Counted from the stretch's first letter, positions 1 through 7,511 are shown. The stretch: DNA of 18,675 nt from Myxococcales bacterium (GCA_045863395.1 BTVJ01000125.1:1-18675); one strand, 5' to 3'. Notes: generated from the letters alone by a model not told the origin. A program made the numbers and translations.

Positions 1-77
1 CGTATCGTGCAACGACGGTCGCGCTGCTACTGCCAGTGGGCGTGCAACGCAATACTGGACACGTGCCCCGAGCACAC

Positions 78-145
78 AACTAAAGCCCTGCTGAAGTTTC
101 TTGCAGCGCGCCCTTCCACAGAACTAAAGCCTGACTTAAGGTTCT
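78..145. promoter_or_regulatory. Twin imperfect-palindrome operator upstream of the antitoxin (probable AbiEi autoregulatory sites)
   Basis: Two 24-nt copies, AACTAAAGCCCTGCTGAAGTTTCT (78-101) and AACTAAAGCCTGACTTAAGGTTCT (122-145), are 19/24 identical and 44 bp apart. Each is an imperfect inverted repeat (AACTAAAG-N5-CTnAAGnT) and is AT-rich in a very GC-rich context. Paired inverted-repeat operators are established for AbiEi-family antitoxins. Confidence 0.7.
114..142 (+). promoter_or_regulatory. Putative sigma70 promoter of the TA operon, predicting a leaderless transcript
   Basis: TTCCAC (114-119)-N17-TAAGGT (137-142). The ATG at 149 begins 7 nt after the last base of the -10 hexamer, and no Shine-Dalgarno sequence precedes it. 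Confidence 0.5.
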
Positions 146-148
146 CGC

Positions 149-733
149 ATGAACGGGGCGACCACCAGCTCGCCCGACTGGGACCAGCTCTTCCAGATCG
201 CGGCGGCCCAGGACGGGCTCTTCACGACGCGGCAGGCGGCCGCGGCCGGATACTCGCCGCAGCTGATCGCGCACCATCTGGGTGCCGGGCGCATGGTCCG
301 CGCGCGACGCGGCGTGTACCGGCTCGTGCACTTCCCCGCGGGAGATCACGAGGACCTCACGGTGATTTGGCTCTGGTCGGAGCAGGAGGGCGTCTTCTCC
401 CACCAGACGGCGCTCGCTCTGCATGACCTCTCCGACATCCTCCCCGCGCAGGTGCACCTCACACTTCCCGAGAAGTGGCGCACACGGCGGCTCGGCGTGC
501 CAGACGGCGTCATCCTCCACTACGCCGACGTCGCAGAGAGCGAGCGGCGCTGGTTCGGACCCGTGCCAGCGACCACACCACTGCGCACGCTTGAGGACTG
601 CGCCGCGGAGCACCTGCCGCCCGAGCTGCTCCGGGGCGCCGCCCTCGATGCACTCGACCGCGGGTTGGTCGTGCGTCACGAGCTCGCCGCCGTCGAGGCC
701 GCGCTCGCGCCCTTCGGAGGTCTCGAGCGATGA
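149..733 (+). CDS. abiEi: AbiEi-family antitoxin (N-terminal wHTH), MenA3/TakA (Rv1044)-like
   Basis: 194 aa. N-terminal WDQLFQIAAAQDGLFTTRQA...GRMVRARRGVYRL is typical of the AbiEi wHTH. It also has the FSHQTALALHDL and TTPLRTLEDC motifs of the C-terminal domain. The stop overlaps the toxin start (ATGA 730-733). Confidence 0.92.
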   Translation: MNGATTSSPDWDQLFQIAAAQDGLFTTRQAAAAGYSPQLIAHHLGAGRMVRARRGVYRLVHFPAGDHEDLTVIWLWSEQEGVFSHQTALALHDLSDILPAQVHLTLPEKWRTRRLGVPDGVILHYADVAESERRWFGPVPATTPLRTLEDCAAEHLPPELLRGAALDALDRGLVVRHELAAVEAALAPFGGLER

Positions 734-1656
734 CCCAGGCGTACCGAACCGCCGCCGCGTTCAAGCAGGCGCTCGAGCAGCGGCTCCGCACGGCATCGGC
801 CTCGGGCGTCGACTTCGCTCGACGCCGCCAGCTCGTGGTGTTCGATCGCTTCCTCGCGCGCGTCGCCCTGGAGCTCGGCGACGCCGTCACGCTGAAGGGC
901 GGCCTGGCCGTCGAGCTACGAATCGAACGGGCGCGCACCACGACCGACGTCGACCTGCGTGTCATGGGCTCGCCCGACGACATCCTCGACCGACTCCGCA
1001 GCGCCGCAAGCCAAGACCTCGGGGACTTCATGGTGTTCACCATCCGTCGCGATGACCGGCACCCCGAAATCCAGAACGACGGGATGCAGTACGAGGGGCT
1101 GCGCTTCCGGGCCGAGTGCACCGTCGCCGGCAAGGTCTACGGTCGCCCGTTCGGTGTCGACGTGGCCTTCGGCGACCCGATCCTCGGCGAGCCTGAGGTC
1201 ATGGTCGCCGAGGACGCGCTGGCGTTCGCGGGCATCGCGCCACCAACGCTGCGCGTGTATCCGGTCGAGACCCACGTCGCCGAGAAGCTCCACGCCTACA
1301 CGATGCCGCGCGCGCGCCCAAACTCGCGGGTGAAGGACCTCCCCGACATCGCGCTCATCGCGACCGCAGGCAGGGTCGAGGCGACCCGAGTTCGCGCGGC
1401 GATCGAGCAGACCTTCGCGTTCCGCGGCACCCACGACGTGCCTGAGCGACTCCCTACGCCACCCGAGATCTGGGCGGCCCCCTACGCCATCATCGCCCGC
1501 GAAGACCAGCTGCGCTGGTCGACGCTCGTCGACGCCTTGGAGGCGGCGCGCGCGTTCTTGGCCCCGGTCCTCACCGGGTCAGGCGGCGCCGTGTGGGATC
1601 CCACCGCCTGGCGCTGGACGGTGCCGGCGAGCCCGCCCAACCCAGAGCAGGACTGA
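730..1656 (+). CDS. abiEii: AbiEii/DUF1814-family nucleotidyltransferase toxin, MenT3/TglT (Rv1045)-like
   Basis: 308 aa. Contains the LKGGLAVEL...RTTTDVD nucleotidyltransferase signature (GG plus DxD), and the AEKLHA and NSRVKDLPD motifs. Translationally coupled to the antitoxin. Confidence 0.93.
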   Translation: MTQAYRTAAAFKQALEQRLRTASASGVDFARRRQLVVFDRFLARVALELGDAVTLKGGLAVELRIERARTTTDVDLRVMGSPDDILDRLRSAASQDLGDFMVFTIRRDDRHPEIQNDGMQYEGLRFRAECTVAGKVYGRPFGVDVAFGDPILGEPEVMVAEDALAFAGIAPPTLRVYPVETHVAEKLHAYTMPRARPNSRVKDLPDIALIATAGRVEATRVRAAIEQTFAFRGTHDVPERLPTPPEIWAAPYAIIAREDQLRWSTLVDALEAARAFLAPVLTGSGGAVWDPTAWRWTVPASPPNPEQD

Positions 1657-1664
1657 ATCGACCG

Positions 1665-2228
1665 ATGCCGAAGTACTACGAATTCGAAGTCTCTTTGCAG
1701 GAGATCCAGCCGCGGATCTGGCGGCACTTTCTACTCCGCACCACCGCGACCTTCACGCAGCTCCACCGGGCGATTCAGCAGAGCTTCGGCTGGCAGGAGA
1801 GCCACCTCTGGGAGTTCCGCCTGCCCACCCATCAGGGCCGCCCCATTGCGGGGCTGCCTGGTGGCGAGGAGTACGAACGCCCGACGCCGGACGCGAAGAC
1901 CGTCAAGCTCAGCACCTACTTCACCGGCAGCAGGGTCGTGGAGTGGTGCGAGTATCTCTACGACTTCGGCGACGACTGGACTCACGACGTGAAGCTCATC
2001 GCGGTGCGCTCGGACAAGGAGGCGTTCAAGCGCCGGCTCCTCGATGGGGAGCGGGCCGCGCCGCCGGAGGACAGCGGCGGGACGTCGGGCTACGAGCGGA
2101 TGGTCCACTTCGTCGAGACCGGCGAGGACACCTACGACGCCGACCCCGGCGGGCTCGCTGTCTGGCTCGACGGATGGCGCCCCGACGCCTTCGATATCGC
2201 GAAGACGAAGGCGGGGTTCGACCAATGA
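1665..2228 (+). CDS. Plasmid pRiA4b ORF3-family (MM3350-like) protein
   Basis: Start moved to ATG 1665 (187 aa), 8 nt after the toxin stop. Family motifs: SLQEIQPRIWR, LHRAIQQSFGWQESHLWEF, YLYDFGDDWTH and GERAAPPEDSGGTSGY. Confidence 0.9.
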   Translation: MPKYYEFEVSLQEIQPRIWRHFLLRTTATFTQLHRAIQQSFGWQESHLWEFRLPTHQGRPIAGLPGGEEYERPTPDAKTVKLSTYFTGSRVVEWCEYLYDFGDDWTHDVKLIAVRSDKEAFKRRLLDGERAAPPEDSGGTSGYERMVHFVETGEDTYDADPGGLAVWLDGWRPDAFDIAKTKAGFDQ

Positions 2229-2914
2229 GTCGAAAGCAGAAGATCGACATCGACCGGGACAAGGTGCGCACCGAGGCGCGCAAGCTCGACGGGACGGCGC
2301 TCCGCGTCTGGCTCGACCGCGCGATCGATCTGCTTCCTGACGACGCCTTCCCCGAGCTCATCGCCGACTACGTACACCTCCGCGACGTGCTCGCCGACGA
2401 GGCGACCCAGCCCGACGTCCTCCGTGCCATCCGCGAGTTTCACCGCGAGAGCATGGCGGGCCGCTACTACCAGAGCTTCAACGTCAACTCGCGCAACTAC
2501 ATGGAGAAGTCGCGCGGCACCGAGATCTTCATCGCGGAGCACTCGCGCCTGGTCGACGCATGCCTTCGCGCCGAGCGAGCGGGGGATCTCGAGACGGCCG
2601 CCGAGGGGCTCGAGCTGCTCATCGGGCTGATGCGCGAGATCGATCGGTGCGAGCGCGACATCGTCTTCTTCGCCGACGAGGCCGGGTCGTGGCAGGTCGG
2701 CGTCTTGTGGGATCGCGTGCTGCCGGCCTGGTTCAGGAGCCTGTCGCCCGAGATGGACGCGCACGAATGGGCCGAGACCGTCGTCGACGCGCTCAACGAT
2801 TTCGCGGGCCATCAGATGTCGGAGCTGCTCGCAGCCGCTCGGGACTCGGGGACGCCCGAACAGTGCGCCGCGCTGGCAGAGTACGAAGCCGACCTGCGCC
2901 ACCGCAGGCGATGA
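2225..2914 (+). CDS. Hypothetical alpha-helical protein (229 aa)
   Basis: ATG 2225 overlaps the upstream TGA (ATGA). Codon third positions are strongly G/C. Motif-like blocks YYQSFNVNSRNY and IVFFADEAGSWQVG. The ORF-track extension 1943-2224 lies inside the upstream gene and is not considered real. Confidence 0.85.
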   Translation: MSRKQKIDIDRDKVRTEARKLDGTALRVWLDRAIDLLPDDAFPELIADYVHLRDVLADEATQPDVLRAIREFHRESMAGRYYQSFNVNSRNYMEKSRGTEIFIAEHSRLVDACLRAERAGDLETAAEGLELLIGLMREIDRCERDIVFFADEAGSWQVGVLWDRVLPAWFRSLSPEMDAHEWAETVVDALNDFAGHQMSELLAAARDSGTPEQCAALAEYEADLRHRRR

Positions 2915-3088
2915 GACGCCCGGTGCGTCTGGCTTCGTCGTAGCGCATGGGCTCTCGCGCCCGGCGCTGGTTCACACGAAGTACTCTGGAGACCCCGCGT
3001 CGCTCGCAAACCCACGAGATTCATGGCCACTTTCCGATCCAAGGCGGCCATCCGCTTCGCTACAAGGGGCGGCTTCGGGAACCACGAC

Positions 3089-3310
3089 ATGACGACCGCT
3101 CGCCGCTTCGAGGTGTGGATGCCCATCGACCGAGAGGCTCGGTTGCCGACGGGGGCGCGGCAGCCGCTGTGGAACGTCCGGTTCTCGCCCGCCCGGCTGA
3201 GTGCGAGCAGGGAGGGGCTGAGAGCCGCACCGAAAGGCAATCAGGTCCCCGGAGCCGTCGCCACCGCAGGCGCCGCCGCACGACCCTCCCGACCCCAGGT
3301 GTCAAAATGA
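3089..3310 (+). CDS. Possible small protein or gene remnant (73 aa, MTTARRFEVWMPIDREAR...)
   Basis: Codons in this frame are G/C-rich at the third position, and the stop overlaps the DUF429 start (ATGA 3307-3310). A TACAAG -10-like hexamer sits at 3061-3066. ATG 3023 is an alternative start. No family recognised. Confidence 0.35.
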   Translation: MTTARRFEVWMPIDREARLPTGARQPLWNVRFSPARLSASREGLRAAPKGNQVPGAVATAGAAARPSRPQVSK

Positions 3311-4227
3311 TCGTCGGCGTCGACTTCGGCGCACCTCGGCGGGCGCGCGACCAGCAGAGGAAGATCATCGCGATCTCCGCGCGCGCCACGGCCTGGCGCT
3401 CCTACCGCGTGGACGCGACCGGCGTGAATGCGCGCCTCCTTGCGACGGACCCTCCGGGGTGGACCGCCGACGAGCTGCTCGGCGAGCTGCTGGCCCGACC
3501 AGCGCGTGTCGTCGCGTTCGACTTCCCCTTCTGCGTTCCCCACGACCTCCTGCGGGACGCCGGCTTCGCGGCGGGCGTCGGCCACGCGGGCGCCTTCAAC
3601 GGGTGGCGGGAGTTCAACTGGTTCGTCGCGCAGCGGCTCCGGCTCGCAGACCCGCTCGACTTCACGCCCTTCGCGGCGTGGCGCGATCGAGCCGAGCGCC
3701 CTCGGCTCTGGTCGCGGCGCGCGACCGACGTCGCCGCCGGAGGCCAACCGCCGCTGAAGGACAGGTTCCAGGCGACCTTCCAGATGACGCTGCTCGGAAA
3801 CGCGCTCCTCTCACAGCTCTGGGAGTCCCGCCTGTACCGGGTGCTGCCATTTCCCGGTGGACGTGGCGACGGCGAGGTCATCGAGGTGCACCCGGGCGCG
3901 ACGCTGCGCTCGATGGGGCTCGCAAGGTACAAGTCGCGCCCTGCTGAGGCGGTGCGCCTCGGCATCGCCGCGTGTGCCGCCGCGGGCATCAAGCTCGACG
4001 TCGACCTCCGCCTCCTCGCCCTGTGCTGTCGCTACAGCTCCGGTACCGCGGGGTCGCCCGACCACGACGTGGCCGACGCGCTCGTCGCCCTCCGCACGGC
4101 CATCTTGCACGCTGAGGGCGAGTGTCGCCCCGCGCTCGCGCCCGATCCGGTCTGGAGTGAGCGGCTCGTGAAGGAGTGGGAGGGCGCGATCTGGGTGCCG
4201 AAGATCGCGGTGGACCCTTCAGAGTAG
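3307..4227 (+). CDS. DUF429-family predicted nuclease (RNase H fold)
   Basis: Start moved to ATG 3307 (306 aa). The acidic motifs appear in the expected order: IVGVDFG, VAFDFPF, RRATD, VIEVHPGA, DVADAL. Confidence 0.82.
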   Translation: MIVGVDFGAPRRARDQQRKIIAISARATAWRSYRVDATGVNARLLATDPPGWTADELLGELLARPARVVAFDFPFCVPHDLLRDAGFAAGVGHAGAFNGWREFNWFVAQRLRLADPLDFTPFAAWRDRAERPRLWSRRATDVAAGGQPPLKDRFQATFQMTLLGNALLSQLWESRLYRVLPFPGGRGDGEVIEVHPGATLRSMGLARYKSRPAEAVRLGIAACAAAGIKLDVDLRLLALCCRYSSGTAGSPDHDVADALVALRTAILHAEGECRPALAPDPVWSERLVKEWEGAIWVPKIAVDPSE

Positions 4228-4317
4228 TCTCAACCCTTCGCCATGACCGTTCCCCTCGACGAGGCACGACTCCTAGAGGGCCCAGGAACACCGCCCGGTC
4301 AGATCCTGCTGACCCCG

Positions 4318-5814
4318 TCAGTGGATCGCCATGGGCAGCCCGGCCCGCTGCACGTCGGCCTCGTTGATCGGAACGTCGTCCTCGTCGACGGGCCGCGTCC
4401 CCCAGCCGGTGTGGTCCTTCTCGACGTAGGCGAGGCGCACGCGCGACCACGGGTCGCTCCACCCCGGAGCGCTGCCCACCACGACCTCGAGCGGCACGCT
4501 GATCGCGAGCGCGGACCTCTTCAGGTCGTAGAGCCTGGGCTCGTCGTGGTGGACCCAGGGCGCCGCGATGCGCTCGTCGAGGAAGCCCCAGCGGAGGCGC
4601 ACGGCCCCATGGAGGCGGCCATACTCGTAGAGCGCGTGCAGGGACTTCACGTCTGCCTCCAGGCGGCGGCGCAGCTTGGTGAGCTCGCCGCTCGCCAAGT
4701 ACTCGGTGAGCCTCTTCGCGCCGCCAAATGGGCTGCTGATCCCGCACGAGCCCTGCACCAGCAGCGCCGTCGTGATCTTCAGGGTGCGTCCGCTCTTGTT
4801 GAGCTTCCGCGACTTCTGGGGCGGCCCCAGCTCGGCGAGGCGGCGCTTGCCGGGGTCGAAGTCGAGCGCGCGAAGGAGGTTGCGCACGTCCATGGCGCCG
4901 AGGAGCTCGTACCGTGCGAGCCGCGACCCAAAGCCCGCGAGCTCATCGCCGACGAACGTCGTGATCTCGTGCGCCTCGACGTCGAGGAGCGCAACCGCCT
5001 GGGCACGAGCGGGCGGGAACACGACCAGCAGCGCTCCTGACATGGCGGCGAGCTCGGCGCCGTGCGCGGCGCGCTTCTGCTCCCACTCGGCGCGGCTCGC
5101 CTCGAGCGCTGCTGGATCGGGGCGCATGGCAGCATGCCGCCGCGCCAGGGCGACCCCCTCTCGGACGGCCACCCGCGCCTGCGTGAGCGCCGCCTCCGAT
5201 GCCGCTCTGATCGCCCACCGGCCGTCTGCGAGCACCTCGATGGGGCTCCCTCCATACCTGAAGCTCGCCACCTCCGCCCGGAGCACGTGCCACGTCGTGC
5301 GTCCGGAGACGGCCGCCACGACCTCCGCCGGAGCGAGCGGCCCCCCGTGAGCGTCGAGCACCGCGAGCGCCAGGCGCTGCGCCGACCAGCTATGGAGGCT
5401 CGCCCGCGTCCACGCCTCGTCCAGCTCAGCGACGCTCAGCGCCACGTCGGGGCCCGGGAGCGGCGCCGGTTCCACCACCGTCCGTGGGACCACGACCCTC
5501 GGTGGACGCAGCCCGAGCTGGAACACCCACAGTGCCAGGTCCTCGTCATGCGGGTCGAGGGCATAGAGGTCTCCCTCGCGGTGGACCGGTGGGCGCCCCG
5601 GACTGCAGCGACGCAGGGCTACGAGGGCGCTCGCGCGGTCGGCGATCCCCGCCTCGTCGAAGCGTGCGGCCACGTCTGCGAGGGTCGCCGGCTCGTCGCG
5701 CTCCAGCAGGGCCACGAGCAGGAGCGCGAACCTGTTCGCCTCGCGGTGGCCGGCAACCGCCTCGAGGCGTGGCGATGCAATCCCGAGCGTCTGGCACCAG
5801 CCTCTTCCCATCAC
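4318..5814 (-). CDS. Hypothetical protein: two winged-helix-like segments plus a C-terminal degenerate DEDD/RNase_H_2-like domain
   Basis: 498 aa (GTG 5814, or ATG 5811). Two HTH-like segments, ALLERDEPATLADVAARF and AVLDAHGGPLAPAEVVAAV, then a helical linker and AVALLDV...ITTF...LEADVKSLHALYEYGRLHG. The CDS is confident; the domain calls are inference. Confidence 0.8.
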   Translation of the reverse strand: MMGRGWCQTLGIASPRLEAVAGHREANRFALLLVALLERDEPATLADVAARFDEAGIADRASALVALRRCSPGRPPVHREGDLYALDPHDEDLALWVFQLGLRPPRVVVPRTVVEPAPLPGPDVALSVAELDEAWTRASLHSWSAQRLALAVLDAHGGPLAPAEVVAAVSGRTTWHVLRAEVASFRYGGSPIEVLADGRWAIRAASEAALTQARVAVREGVALARRHAAMRPDPAALEASRAEWEQKRAAHGAELAAMSGALLVVFPPARAQAVALLDVEAHEITTFVGDELAGFGSRLARYELLGAMDVRNLLRALDFDPGKRRLAELGPPQKSRKLNKSGRTLKITTALLVQGSCGISSPFGGAKRLTEYLASGELTKLRRRLEADVKSLHALYEYGRLHGAVRLRWGFLDERIAAPWVHHDEPRLYDLKRSALAISVPLEVVVGSAPGWSDPWSRVRLAYVEKDHTGWGTRPVDEDDVPINEADVQRAGLPMAIH

Positions 5815-6058
5815 ACATCCGGCTCGTCACGAGCGCCGTGCCCCCGCAGACGGCCCCGTCAGCGCCAGGGACCCCGCGAGCGAGGATCTCCACCTGTCAA
5901 AGGGGCCCGCAGTTCACAAGGGCGTTCGTCTGCTGCCCCGACCGTCGCCGCACGGAAGCGAACGAAGGGCTGGCTGCCCTCCTCCGCCCACTCTTCCCCC
6001 ACCCCTCGCCCGCCACTCCCCCGCCGAGCGCCCCCCTCGGAGTTCACCCCGAGGGCCC

Positions 6059-6087
6059 TTCCTCGCCCCGTCCCCACCCGCTACAAT
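6059..6087 (+). promoter_or_regulatory. Putative sigma70 promoter for the Cys-rich lipoprotein
   Basis: TTCCTC (6059-6064)-N17-TACAAT (6082-6087), about 40 nt upstream of ATG 6129. Confidence 0.45.
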
Positions 6088-6128
6088 GCGCCTGTGCGCA
6101 TCGACCCCAGCACCCCGAAGGACCTCCC

Positions 6129-7310
6129 ATGACGACGCCCCCGCGCCGAGCCCTCGTGCTGCTCCTGGCCCTCGCCGCGTGCTCCGACTCCTCGCCCGGG
6201 CCCTCCGTGACCGTCGGCGCTGGCGACTTCACGCCCGTCGGCGGTGGTGGTGGCGCCAGCGACCCGCCCGACACCACGCCTGCCTGCAAGACCACCTGCG
6301 GCGCCCTGGAGTGCGGGCAGGACCCGTGCGGCTACACTTGCGGCGCGTGCATGCCTGGCAAGACCTGTGTGCAGAACAAGTGCGTCGCGTCGACGCCCAC
6401 CTGCGAGCCCAAGTGCGCCGGGCGGGAGTGCGGCAAGGACGCCTGCGGCGGGCTCTGCGGCGTGTGCGACGGCGGGTACAACTGCAACGCGAACGGGGTC
6501 TGCATCGCCGCCGGGTGCCTGCCCACGTGCGAGGACAAGAAGTGCGGCGACGACGGGTGCGGCGGCTCCTGCGGCGCGTGCGGGCCCGGCTTCGTGTGCA
6601 GCCCGGCCGGCACCTGCATCTCGGCGGGCTGTACGCCGACCTGCGTGGGCAAGACCTGCGGCGACGATGGGTGCGGCGGCTCCTGTGGCGGCTGCAACCC
6701 CCAGAAGGTGTGCGGCCCCGAAGGGCACTGCATCGCCCCTGCATGCCCGATCCCCCCCGAAGGCGCCTGCGAGGGCACCCTCCTCAAGACCTGCGAGGGT
6801 GACGCAATCACCTCCAAGGACTGCGCGGCGAGCGGCCAGACCTGCGCCTGGTCCGAGGCCCAGACCCGGTTCCGGTGCTCCACCCCTGCCTGCCTGCCCC
6901 AGTGCGCCGGCCGCGAGTGCGGGCCCGACGGCTGCGGATCCACGTGCGGGAGCTGCGCCCCGGGTACCCTCTGCGCCCCTCTCCAGACCTGCATCCCGCT
7001 CCAGAGCGGCGGGCCTTGCGAGGGTGTCACCCTGTCGGGCTTCTGCTACGGAGACACCCTGGTCTACTGCGCCAAGGGCAAGCTCAAGGTCGAGGACTGC
7101 ACCGTCGAGGACAAGAGCTGCCAGTTCGACGCCCCCAACGGCTGGAACGAGTGTGCCGCCAAGCCCTGCGGCAACGTCACCGAGGCCGGCCAGTGCTCGG
7201 GGGACACGCTGCTCTGGTGCAACAAGGGCGCGCTGGCCACGGAGGATTGCGCCGCCGCGGGCAAGCACTGCAAGCCGGACCCGGCGGGACAGGGCGTCGA
7301 CTGCCTCTGA
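6129..7310 (+). CDS. Cys-rich repeat lipoprotein (myxobacterial type)
   Basis: Start moved to ATG 6129 (393 aa), preceded by GAAGGA. Signal peptide with lipobox LAAC. Five 8-Cys modules (C..C..CGDDGCGGSCG.C type) and three 6-Cys modules (G.C.G.TL..C..G....DC). Confidence 0.88.
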   Translation: MTTPPRRALVLLLALAACSDSSPGPSVTVGAGDFTPVGGGGGASDPPDTTPACKTTCGALECGQDPCGYTCGACMPGKTCVQNKCVASTPTCEPKCAGRECGKDACGGLCGVCDGGYNCNANGVCIAAGCLPTCEDKKCGDDGCGGSCGACGPGFVCSPAGTCISAGCTPTCVGKTCGDDGCGGSCGGCNPQKVCGPEGHCIAPACPIPPEGACEGTLLKTCEGDAITSKDCAASGQTCAWSEAQTRFRCSTPACLPQCAGRECGPDGCGSTCGSCAPGTLCAPLQTCIPLQSGGPCEGVTLSGFCYGDTLVYCAKGKLKVEDCTVEDKSCQFDAPNGWNECAAKPCGNVTEAGQCSGDTLLWCNKGALATEDCAAAGKHCKPDPAGQGVDCL

Positions 7311-7427
7311 GCCCTCGCAGCCCGCTCGCCATGGTCAGAACGACGAACTCTACGTTGGCTTGGGACCACGTTTCCCTCCCCGGCCACCTTGCGACGCCCC
7401 CAACCCGCCTCGGACCCGCACAAAGTC

Positions 7428-7457
7428 TTGACTTCCCGCGCCTCCCTCTGATACAAG
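7428..7457 (+). promoter_or_regulatory. Putative sigma70 promoter of rpmB
   Basis: TTGACT (7428-7433), an 18-nt spacer ending in TGn, then TACAAG (7452-7457). RBS GGAGA at 7501-7505. Confidence 0.6.
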
Positions 7458-7511
7458 CCCGGCTCCCGCGAGGGGGCGGGACGACGACAGCACAACCGAA
7501 GGAGAACGCAT

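Noticed and set aside
6..49. CGTGCAACG repeated at 6-14 and 41-49
   Set aside because: Only two 9-nt copies at the window edge; too little to call a CRISPR repeat, iteron or att site.
2947..3306. 120-aa N-terminal extension of the DUF429 ORF
   Set aside because: Low-complexity Arg/Pro-rich translation. The family's first motif (IVGVDFG) starts right at ATG 3307.
2912..3310. Reading frame stays open after TGA 2912-2914 through 3310 (possible readthrough or selenocysteine)
   Set aside because: Codons in 2915-3022 lack the G/C third-position bias of real genes, no SECIS-like context is evident, and long open frames are common at this GC content.
4228..4317. Possible integron attC site or terminator between the convergent island genes
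   Set aside because: No proper RYYYAAC...GTTRRRY pair or long imperfect palindrome; only a short GGTCAG/CTGACC hairpin.
5484..6128. Upstream extension of the Cys-rich lipoprotein ORF (608 aa)
   Set aside because: It overlaps the opposite-strand gene. The signal peptide, lipobox, RBS and -10 all point to ATG 6129.
6280..7310. DNA-level repeats such as TGCGGCGACGACGGGTGCGGCGGCTCCTGC (similar ones at 17230-17830 and 18530-18675) as a possible CRISPR array
   Set aside because: They are degenerate, in frame and explained by Cys-rich protein modules. There is no identical repeat/unique spacer pattern and no cas genes.
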